Shown in pieces: positions 21,556 through 32,730 of a stretch of DNA of 64,000 nucleotides (positions within the stretch are counted from its first letter, which is position 1; each line of letters begins with the position of its first letter). The stretch lies in contig LSRY02000015.1 in assembly GCA_001643675.2 (NCBI GenBank), forward strand, positions 62,001 through 126,000, read 5' to 3'. Origin of the DNA: Monocercomonoides exilis PA203. Lineage: Eukaryota > Protista > Preaxostyla. Both the position numbers and the translations under genes were made by a program. The notes under the pieces were generated by a model, which made no database searches, had not been told where the DNA came from, and saw only the letters and a list, made by a program, of their open reading frames with translations.

Positions 21556-22250
21556 TTATATTTCAGAATATTCACTTGCATCTGCTCCTTCTCCTGGATC
21601 GACATGATCTTCGTCATGAGTATCAACAGCCTCTTGCTCAAATTGAGGAACATCTGCTTCATCGTCTCCTTCTCCATCATCATAATCAGGAAGAAATGCA
21701 GCTTTTGTGGGCTTGAAATTGGCAACATTTATCACAAATTCTGGGAATAGCATATCAATTTCTCGTTGAAGCAAAAATGAAGCCATTAAATTATCAATGA
21801 ACTTTTCTTTGATCCCACATGTTTGCAATGATCTTCTAAAACGAGACCACCAAACATCTGTCTCATTTGTGTATGCTCATGTTTTCATATTATTGAATTC
21901 GCATTTTTGGCAGTTTGTCAAATGTTTATTTCACAAATTATTTATGCTCAAATGCGTACAACATTATCACTGAAAATTGTCATTTCTTTCTGGATGTTGG
22001 CTTCAATGATAGGAATCAGAGTCTCCTTTTTTATGTTTGGAACTCTGATAATTAAACATTTTCCAATTTCATCATTTTCTTTTCTTTCCACTGCACCAAA
22101 AAGCCAAAATTGTTTTTTTCTTTTTACCTTTATGGAACTTTCTTTTCTCAAAATAACTTCATCTATTTCCACAACACATATTTCTCCTCCAAGAACGAGC
22201 CTCTCACTCGACATTCGAATTCCAATTGATTCTTTTGCAACATTATTCAA
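21556..22250 (-). pseudogene. Decayed Merlin / IS1595-family (ISXO2-type DDE) transposase
   Basis: LGGEICVVEIDE...FWLFGAVER...RVPNIKKETLIPIIEANI...TIFSD matches the ISXO2 core. After stops and a frameshift it continues KT*AYTNETDVWWSRFRR, a degenerate TGxHTNxIExxWS motif. No TIRs were recognised. Confidence 0.8.
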
Positions 22251-22787
22251 ATAACCAACTGTATTTCAACCTCCTCCAGTGAGATATCAGCATTGATCAA
22301 TTCGAATTTTTTAGCTAGAAATGCAAAAGAATAAGAAACATTGAGTAGATTTTGATATGACTTCGGAAAAAAGATGTCTCCTTCAAATATAAAATGAATT
22401 TATGACATGATAGTGTGACAGATAAGTTATTAATACGTTCTGTCGCTTTTCTTTGTTCATTAACAAGCATTCAAAACAAATTTTCAAACAGAAATTTTTG
22501 TTAGAAAAATTATGATTTCGATAACTAACACCTATTTATTAAATAATCATCCAAACTTTCTAATTTTGAATTGTTTTTTTGTTCAAAATCAAATATTTCT
22601 ATTATTATTCTTGATTAATTGTTTGTGTTTCCTTTGTTAAAAATACAAGGTTTGAAGAACTTTGAAATAATTTGAAATATCTGTATCACCTTTGTATAAG
22701 AGAAAACCAGGTTAAAAAAAATTCAGAATTAAAAAATGAAGAGATGATCATGCCGTAATCTATTAATTAATCGAATTTGTCTTTGAT

Positions 22788-24632
22788 TTGAAACAACTCG
22801 ATAAAATGATTTCGGAAATTGAAAATGCGGTTGAAGCATTAGAAAAGCAGAAAATAACAGAAATATACAATTTTATTGTTGAAATGGACAAAAAAGAACT
22901 CAAATCTTTTCTAACAATGAAAACTTTTAATAAATTCAACAAAATGATGGAAGATAAATATTCGGAGATTGAAAGTATCATTTCTTTATTAAGTTGCATT
23001 GGGTATTACAAAGTTTTGTTTGGAATTAAGAATTCTTGCTTTGAAGGTTCTTTGCTTTATAAAAGAATTGAAAATATGATATTGAAAGAAAACAACAACA
23101 TAATTGCTACGAACGAACCATTTCTGATAAGCCTTTGTGAGTGCTATCTATCTATGTGCAAAAGTCATCTCGAATTTCCGGGTATTTTAATTTTAATTTG
23201 TGTTCCTCTCATTTTGAGAACTGCAACGAACAAAGAAAAAAACGAAAAAATTGGAAAAGAAGTGGAAATGTCTCTGGTTTCTTTGAGCAACATAAAGATG
23301 AGATTTGTTTGATTTATCTTTTTTTTTTTTATTTATTGATTTTAGTTTTTGATTTTTCTCATAGAAAATAGAAAAAGAATTATACATGAAAGATATCACC
23401 AAAGTCATTAAATATCATCAGAACATCATAGCTTGACTCATCTTGCTTACCAATCCGCGTGGGAATTCTTGATATGGCAGGCAAATGAAGACGAGAAAAT
23501 GGCACATTTTGTTGAAAACGAATTGAATTTAATGAGAGAAGCAATAAGAGAATTAGAAGAATTAGAGGGAAGAGTAAATTGGATGAAAAGAGGAAAATTC
23601 TTGAATGAAGTGATGGATGAAATTACTTTAACGAGATGGCTTGATACATTAGGCTATTATTTTTTTTTCTATGAATGGAAAGAGATAAAGTCACCCAACT
23701 TTTTTGAATGCATTGTTAGAATTCTGAGAAAGGCAAAGAAGTATCACAGAAAAGTGTTCAAAAGGTGCGTTTATGTTATCAGCCGAATTGCAAATCCAGT
23801 GTCATCAGACATTAGCTATTTGCTCAGAAGTGGGATTATTCGAATCGTTATGGAGGAAATGCAGCAGCCAACTGTCAGAAGAGATTACTTGGAATGGTGC
23901 CTGAAGTACATCATTTCACTTGTGAGAAGAGTGAGCGGACCTTCTATCGATGCAAGCGAAAGAGAAAAACGTAAAATGCAAAAGCATCAGATTCTCGGTA
24001 TTTTAGAGGAAGAAGGATACGAGGATGAGATCATCAGTGTTTACGAATGCATGGTCAAAACGTTGTATTTCTATTTTCCCATCAAGGCCTCAGATATGAT
24101 TAGCTTATCAATTCAAAAGCAGAAACCGCTTTTTTTGTGTGTTAATACAAAAACAGGTAGAAATAATCCATTCGAAGCCAATCCGTTCAAAACAGGTCAG
24201 CATTCAAACCTTCAATTCGGAGCTATTCCACCTTCAGTCAATCAATTTCTGGTTCTTTCTGTTGCACCGAACCCGTTTGCTACTGCTTCTATTCCTTCAA
24301 ACTCGTTTACTGCTTCTTCTGTACAGCCAGCTACGTTGTCATCCTTATCAAGCGCATTTTCTCAATCTTCAAATTCATCCGCATCTTCATCTCATTCAGA
24401 AGAGCCACATTTCTGCATATTACCTCCTGCTCCTAATCTAATTGCGCCTTCAACAGGTCCGTTTGCTCCTTCTCCAGATCCATTTTCTCTGTCCTCATGT
24501 CCATCCTTGCCATCGTCTAATTCAGAAGAGTCATATTTCAATGCGTTCTCCCCTTCTCCTAATCCAATTGCGCCATCTGCCGATCCATCTGCCGACTCAT
24601 TTGATGAACCATTCACAAGAATCAAAAGTTAA
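22788..24632 (+). pseudogene. Lineage-specific helical protein family, copy A; one-base frameshift and Ser/Pro-rich C-terminal extension
   Basis: Shares KEVEx(A/S)LxxLS, LTxLAYQSAW and LEExGYEDxI with copies B and C. Intron 23307-23364 (GT..AG) lies at the family position. After splicing, ...tatcatcagaacatcatagcttgact is one base short of KYHQEHHSLT, so the frame shifts near 23420. The 5' end is uncertain. Confidence 0.65.
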
Positions 24633-24950
24633 ACTGCACAAACTGTCAATCAGTGAGTGTCAATCTCGAATCCATTTTAGTCTTCAAAAAGTGAATTTTT
24701 TTTTCTTTTTTTCTTTTCTTTTTTTTTTAATTCAAAATCCACATTCTTTTCAAACTGTCCCATCAACATTCATTCAGAAAAGGAACTACGCACAAATTTA
24801 TTGCAAACTTACAAAAAGATGGAATATTTCTGTGGAAATTATCTTCAAGAAACAAAAATATTTCTGTCAAACAAAGTTGCATCATTTATTCTGTGAAATG
24901 AAAAATAAATTTTCTTTCATTTTCTTTCATTTTCTTTCTTTTTTCTATCT

Positions 24951-25938
24951 AGGGTTACACTTTTACCTCTGACCCTTTTTTTTACCCCCACCCTTTTTTT
25001 TGTGGAGCTGGCTACGGCTTAATACAAGCTTGTAGCCGACAAAAAATAACTCTAAATGTTTATTTTAATAAATTTAACTTATACAGCAAAAATTTTTTAC
25101 AATTCTTTACAACTGAGAGATCTCGGTATTTTTTAATTTTATTTTTTGATCATTAAATTGATGGTCTTTCCATGGATATAACATTCTGGAAGTTTTAAGC
25201 TACATCATCATTACACATCATATCCTTTTTATTGTTTTTATAACTTTTCACATATCACAAGTTTCTTTTTCACCTGTTTTCTCATTTCATCGACTTTTTG
25301 AAAAAATGCAATTTTTGATTGTCTAAAAGACAATTTCTTAATTTTATAAGCTGTCTCTTATTTTTAACTCAATATATTATTTCACGCTCACAAAATATTT
25401 TGCTGAAAATATTTTTCTGGCTGAAAAAATCAAAACTTCAGAAATTGATGTTTTTCATTTTTCTATTTAAAATCAAATTTGCAAAACTTTTTTGTATATC
25501 AACATAATTAACATTCTATCATATAATAAGAATAATCTTAAAAATTTTCTCAAAAATTCATCATTCCTTATGAAATTACATTTTATCGAAAAGTCGATGA
25601 AATGAGAAAACAGGTAAAAAAGAAACTTGTGAAATGTGAAAAGTTATCAAAGAAATAAAAAGGATAAGATGTGTAATGATGGTGTAGCTTAAAACTTCCA
25701 GAATGTTATATTCATGGAAAGACCATCAATTTAATGATCAAAAAATAAAATTAAAAAATACCGAGATCTCAAAGTGAAAAAATTTTCGTAAAAAAAAATT
25801 TTCTGTATAAGTTAAATTTATTAAAATAAACATTTAGAGTTATTTTTTGTCGGCTACAAGCTTGTATTAAGCCGTAGCCAGCTCCACAAAAAAAAGGGTG
25901 GGGGTAAAAAAAAGGGTCAGAGGTAAAAGTGTAACCCT
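24951..25938. mobile_element. 988-bp non-autonomous foldback/MITE-like DNA transposon with ~350-bp terminal inverted repeats
   Basis: 24951-25086 is the exact reverse complement of 25803-25938 (136 bp), and similarity continues with mismatches to ~25310/25575. Termini are AGGGTTACAC...GTGTAACCCT, flanked by the direct repeat ATCT (24947-24950 and 25939-25942). There is no credible ORF in the ~270-bp AT-rich spacer. Confidence 0.9.
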
Positions 25939-26513
25939 ATCTGTCTATATTTCTTTTTTCTTTTTTGCTTTTTGTTATTTTATTTTGAAAATTATGTTAT
26001 GTTTGTTGAATGAAAATAATTTTGATTCGTATTTATAAAATTATTTTTATGTGTTAAAAAATTTTCTATTGAATGTTTATTTTTGAATTTATTAATTTTT
26101 TAATTTATTTTGAATTCTGAAAATGTGATTTCTGTGAAAACTCAAAATAAAATGCTATTTTGCTCTTCAACTGTTTGTTTTATTTTACTAGAAGAAGAGC
26201 GTGTTAAAATTTTGAGTTTTTGTGAATCTTTGTTTTTTGAATTAAGAAACAAAAAATTTTTTATTCTTCTTTTATTTATTTTTAATTCATTATGTTTGAA
26301 AATGGTTATTGATTGATTAGAATGTCCTTTCAGCAAGAATGTTAAAATCTTCATTTATTTCAAAAATCAGAAAATTTGCGAATATGGGACAAAATTTTTC
26401 CAATCCAACTTTTGTTCCGACCACAATTTTTTTTCCAAGATTTTCAATTTCTATATTTTTTTGTCATTTAAAGTTGTTGGGGTTAATAATGCAACCAATA
26501 CTTCATTCCTTTG

Positions 26514-26559
<46 letters not shown>
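26514..26559. repeat. Poly(A)46 tract; poly(T) on the minus strand inside an intron-like GTATG...AAAG segment
   Basis: Direct count of 46 A residues. Confidence 0.9.
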
Positions 26560-26560
<1 letters not shown>

Positions 26561-26867
26561 ATACCTGAATAAAGTGAATAAAAAGTTTGTTTTCCTGGAA
26601 AACTGAATCTGGACCCAAAGCCTGCAAGTTATTGCAATAATTGAACAATTATTGCAAATAACAGGACGGATTCAGTCTTGTCCTCAATTTGGAATAGCCC
26701 AAATCTCACAGGATAAGCAAAAACAAACTTTTTCTTCACAAAAGGCAAAAGTTCAAAAAAAAAAAAGAAGAAGAAGACTAAAAAAATAAGAAAGAAAGAA
26801 AATAAAAAAAGGAAAAATGAAACAAAAAACATACCTGAAATTTATCTATGAATATTTATAACAAAAA

Positions 26868-29800
26868 TTAAAAATTAAAATTTTCATTTTCATTTATTAA
26901 TTTCATTCTCTTTTCAATAACATCTCTAACTCTTCTTCGAACCTTTCCATTAACTTTCTCAGTTATTGGAAAAGCATCATTATTTTCTTTATTGAACACT
27001 TTTCTTGGTTTATCATCCAGACTCACTCTCATTTTGTATTCTATTTCTTTTAAGAACACATTTTCATTGCAACTGAGAGGCGAAGCAAGCAATTGAGTTC
27101 CATTTGACTCAAAATGCAAGTAATTTTTCATTCCTTTGATGACCAACTCTTCCCATCGATAATCCATCGGTTCTTCATGACTGAAAACAAAAAAATAGTT
27201 GTTGAAAAGTTGAAAACATCAAATGAATGAAAAAACAAACATCAAAAAGAAATGCTTCGTTCTGTTCAGTTTTTCTGCCTGCTCGCTTGGCTGTGAAACT
27301 TCATCCATTCGCCCTGCTAAATTAAAAAAAGAAATATCAGAAATCATAGAAGAAATATTTATTAAAGAATTTGGCTCATGAATTCCAAAAAGATAAGAAT
27401 TACACTGTAAACAAAAAAAATCAATGAGATCGTACACATTATTCAATGTACGATCACCAAGATTGTTGTTTATTAACTGTGTCAAAAAACCAAATTCACT
27501 GTCACAGTCACTCTTTCCATGATGTTCGGCAAAGAATGAGAGTGAACAGTGATAATTCTTAAACAAAAAAGAATTTGGAGAAAACAGTAAATGCAAAATA
27601 TGTGAATTTCGAAAATGAGGACCATTATCACAAAAAAAGTGAAAAGAATTAACATTTGAAAAAATATCAAAACGTAAAAGTTTATAAATACATTCACAAA
27701 CAAAACGATAATCGTGAGATAATATTTCAGAAAAAAAATTGAAACAACATTTTCGAAAAATTCCAAAACAATCAACAAAATATACGACAAAACATAAATG
27801 GGAAATTTGTTTTTTGTTAAAAAAAGATCTTCCCGTTTCATTATTGGAAATTGGCAAACACCAATTTTCCTTAAAATCCATAATAATAATAACTTCATCA
27901 TTTTTCAGATTTTCTTTCATTTCATAAAAATAATTTCTTTGATGAGTCGCCATTTTCAAATGTTTATCAATAATTTCTATTTCATTCTTTTCGTCTTCAT
28001 TCAACTCACCTCCTTTTCTTTCCATTTCCGCTTTTTTCTTTTTCAAATATGTGCCCCTTTCACAGACTTCGCATAAGTCTGTCCGTTTCTTCGCTTTAAT
28101 AAAATTTCTTGTTTTTTTACAAAAATTTGAATAAGATAACTTTACATTTATTTCTTTTTTCATTTCTTCAAACAGTTCTTTCTTTGTTTTATCAATGATT
28201 CTTTTCTCATTCATAGAAAAAATCTTTTTCTTTTCATCTCTTTTTCGTTTTTCGTTTTCATTTTCTTTCGAATTTTCTTTCTATAAAACTTCTTTTCTTT
28301 CATTCAATCCAATATTTTTTGTCCTTTTCTTTTTTTCTTCGAAGCACATATCCATACCTTCATCACTGTTTTCCTCAACGAAATTGAATGTTAAATTCAA
28401 ATCAACGGAAGAAATGTTCTTGTGTTTATCTTTTATATCATTATTTTTATTTTCATCAATTTCTTTTTCTTTTACTTTTTTTTGTGTTTCTTTTTCTTTT
28501 TTTGTTATTTTTTTCTTTTTCTCATCATTCAAAATATTTGTTGATTGATGATTATCGATTGATTGATGATTATCTTCTTCGAGACAATCGAAATTGCTAG
28601 CATTATACAGTGGCTCGGATGATTTTGATTCTCCATGTTTTCTTTGACTAACCGTCGATTGTTCATCCCCAACAATGGAAGTTGGCGGAGGGAATTTTTG
28701 AGTGGAACACCCATTTTGATTGTGCACAATCACTTTCAGAATAGAACCAAGAAGCCAATTATTTTAGAAAATTCACAAAAAGAATGTCAAAAAACAGAAA
28801 TCATTTCAATTGTGAATTAAAGTTCGATTATTGAAAACAAAGTGCAAACATTTCTTCATGTGTCTTCCATTCGTGCAGCTAGCTGAACTATTTTTAAGAA
28901 GCCACTTTTCAACAAGTGAAAAGTCTTCCATTTCTTTTCAAATGAATAAAAAGAATCAAAAACGAAAACAAATAGCACACTTTTATCTGAAACGCATCTT
29001 TCTGTGTGATGTGAATTTTTTTCGAGATTTCTATTGGAGAATCTTTCTTTGGAGTAGTAATATTCGCCTTTTGTGATGAGCCAGCCACACTTTAAAAGTT
29101 CCTTCCAGGAAAATTCCGAGGAAACAGCAGAAAGACAAGAAACTTTGTCATTTCTGTCAAGTGTGGAATACAGAATAGAAAGATTTTTTAAAACGTTGTT
29201 TGTTTTTTCTATAAAATATGTGCATTTTTTATATTTTGCTTATCAATCAACTTAAATATTCTCGATGGGAATTGGGTTTGAAATAACAATATTATTACAA
29301 ATCAAAAATGAAACATAGGATTTGAATTTATAAATGCGAAAGATTGAAAATATATAAAATTATTATCCTTGGTGTTTCCAAAATGTTTTTGATTATAAAT
29401 AAACTCAAATACAAAAAAATCAAAAAATTTTTAAAACGCTAAAAATGAACATTGACAAATGGCAATTTGTCTGATTATTCACTTATAATTGAGTAAATAA
29501 TATCTATTTCAAAATGAAAACAGAAAAAAACACAACAGATCAAATATTCAGATAAAAAACATATAAACAAAGAAATATCTCCCAATTTCCATCGAAATAA
29601 TAAATTGATTGATAAAAAAAATATTAATCGAAAAACGCACAACAGTTATTTCCAAAAGTTGAGAAAAAACCACGCAAACCAATATATTTCTCCTCAATGA
29701 TCGACCGAAAGGATTTTCCATATTTGCTGTGAAATGCATAATAATAGAGAAATCCTTCCGGGTCCTCCGGAGCTCTTTTTTCAATAAAGTTGTGAATTTC

Positions 29801-29872
29801 AAAGGCGTGTCGACTTTTCGTCGAACGGGGCTTTGAGGAGTATTTATTCATTTCTTGGTTAATTTGGCTCAT
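26868..29872 (-). mobile_element. Intron-containing Sola-like (Sola2-type) DDD transposase gene
   Basis: Hand-spliced exons 29872-29680, 29208-28981, 28933-28850, 28732-27241 and 27180-26868; all four GT-AG junctions keep the frame. Motifs: KRTDLCEVC...H, IIMDFKEN, LSHD, FFCDNGPHFRN, FFAEHHGKSDCDSEFG. One in-frame TAG at 28283-28281. The transposase call is firm; the Sola assignment comes from motif recall. Confidence 0.75.
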
Positions 29873-32730
29873 CTCTTATGGGTCATTCAATTATTTGCAT
29901 AATTTTTTTTTCAAAATTGAAAATTTTGTTAATAGCATGAATTATTTCTTCAATGTTTAAGCTAAAAATTCAAAAAGCTGCAAGAAACATTGTATGCTTG
30001 GAAATTTTAATATTTTCTTGAGTGGTATTTCTTTTAAGTTTTTTATTTCTTTTCTCTAAAAGTTGCAAATAATAATGCAAAAAGGAATCGAACCTTCTGA
30101 AAACAAGTATATTTTATTCAAAAATTTCGAATATCTCAATGAACAAAGAAACCAATTTGTTTTAAGTTTTCTGAGATTGATCCAAGAATTGCATTTATAT
30201 TTCGTTTGAAATGAACTGTGCAAAGAAAAATTCATAAACATTTCAATAGATCAGCTCAAGCATTTCGAAAAACAACACATTATTATCCATCGTGAACTGA
30301 AATATAATTCAAATACAAGACAAAAATTAAATTTGTCAAATCAACAATTTGTTGATAATTTTTCCACTTCAAAATAAATTTGATTTCAATTCATGATTTG
30401 CACACATTTTTTAAATTCTCTAGCAATACAGATTAACTTTTTCAAGAATTATTTTTTCCTGAAACGAACAAATAATGTGGCTTGAAGCATTATTTTCAAA
30501 ATAAATATAATGACGAGCAAATTTCAAAGAAAAAAACCCACAGCCGAACAAATAAACCACATTGAAAACCAAAACAAAAGAAAATTATTTTCTTTAGAAG
30601 AATTTGAAGACAGATATTGAAATGAAGTTCAGATTCAACGAAAAATATTTAAAACAAGTTTGTCCAATTGTTATATGATGTTGTTAAAAGTTCAAAAGCT
30701 GTTGAAATATTACACTGTTGATTTCTGCAGCACTTTTCTATAAATTCTCATTCATTTACCTGCCGAAGTGAGCAACATTAGCTGTGGTTGAAGGAGAAGC
30801 AGATGCAGATAGATCTATCATTGAGAAAAATGTAGCATTTGAAGAAAAAAGTTACTATGAGCTTGGAAATGTGGATATCGGAATTAACACTTATTGAGCG
30901 AAAAGCAACTGGGTAATCTGGCGGAAAGTTTGTAATGAAGCTTGAGGAGTATTGAACTTATAAGGGCAGAATGATAAAGAAATCGAAAGCTGAAGATTTG
31001 AAAATATCGCATAAAACCATTCCAGACTGGAGCAGGAGAAGAAGAAAAAGAAGAAGAAGAATTAGAATATGCAGTAACTGATTTGTTAGCAATATTTTTT
31101 ATTGTCTTCTGTTTTGTTGTTGCTGAGCCGCACTTTTGCTCAAAAATTGGTGATCCATTGCCTCTTCGGCTTTTATGGACTTTGGAGGGTTTGGCATCAC
31201 TCAATTACAAATGAATAAAGAAATGTCACAGTAGCAACTCGTCTTTTCTGATTGGAATGCTAATTGTTCTGAAGGAGCTCATGACAGATGAATCAGAGAG
31301 AAGAGAAGGATACACGTCATTAAACAGTTTCTTGAATTCAAGAAGCGTCGGATGAGAATTGACAATCATCTGTGTGCTGTTTGCCTTCTTCATTGGATAA
31401 AAAAATGTTTTAATTGAATTGCACACTGTATTCAAAGCGCTTGTGCAGTTGCAGCTCGTAGCTTTCGCTCCTCAGCTCATTCAGCAGCACTCGCTTTGTC
31501 TGTTGGAATCACTTCAGCATCCCGTTGTTTGCCTTCCATGGAAACAGAACTTGCTCAGTTGCCAGCTCAGACGCGATGCACACATTACCAAGGTGGTTAT
31601 ATTTTATCTTATCGTACAGCTCAGAATCGCTTCCTTGTTCTTACAGTTGAGAGAATGCTTGTTTTGTGCTCGGATCCCCATTCCATTTGTAATGAGATAT
31701 TAAAATTGTGATTATTCAGACAAATGGCAAAGAAAACTCAGTTACAGACTACAGTTTAATAAATCCTGATTTTAAAGATGAATAAACTGAAGAAGTCGAT
31801 AATTTAGCAATTTGAACTGAATAATGCTAGAATTAGCATCTTTTCGATAATCATGAAAATATGTTATCAGACTTCACGTCTCAGTATATAAAGCCTTTTC
31901 ATAACTCTTGTCAAAGGATACATTCCAAGCAGCGCGTGTTTTTTTTTTGTTGTGTGAACGATATCCAGTTTTCTCCAAACAGCAACATTGAAACCCTTCG
32001 AAGATTCAACTACTGATCATCTTTTGCTTCACACAAACGATTTCTTGGATAGAAATTATCAATAAATGAACAATTCTTCTTCCCCCTCTTCATTTTGCTA
32101 TGATTATACCTCTTTCCTCTCTTAGAAATCATATACTTCATTTTCTATTGTTCGTTTCCTGAAAAATAATTGATTTTTGTGCATCTCCATATTTTCACCT
32201 CCTCTTTCCATTTTTACCATCATGAGAAAATCTTCTTTTGTAATAACAATTATCAGGAGCAAATCATCACCATTTATATCAAATCGTTAGCAGCAACATA
32301 AGCGATTTTGTTAAACTTCTGTTCCTGTTAAAAGTACTTTTAAATGAAAGCAATGTTTAAAGCCAAACCTTTCATATGTCTCCTCATGTTATTTCCTTTT
32401 ATATCGAAATTGTTTCGAAAACACAAAATAAACTTTTATTATGGAATAGTTTTCAATTCCTTTTTTTGTATCATTGGAATATAAACATTATGACTAGAAT
32501 GCATAATAAGTTTGGAACAAAACATGGGTTTTTTCATAAATGGAAAAATTATGCCCCATATTTTGAAAAAAGAAATACAAATTATGGAAAATCAAATGCT
32601 AAACAGCCAAAAAATTAAAATTAAAATTAAAATATAAATTCAAACGTGAGACACAATCTTTACGAAACGCTATTTGTTTTTTTGAATAAACCAAACCAAA
32701 CCAAACCAAACAAACAAACAAACAAACATA

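Noticed and set aside
28281-28283. TAG read as Gln through an alternative genetic code, as in the oxymonad Streblomastix
   Set aside because: TAA terminates the conserved C-termini of RPLP2 and FKBP12, and the 6-kb and 10-kb ORFs contain no TAA or TAG, so the standard code applies.
26061-30250. Short inverted match (ATAAACATT(T)CAATAGA) as TIRs of the transposase
   Set aside because: About 16 bp with a gap in very AT-rich DNA, with no extension and no TSD.
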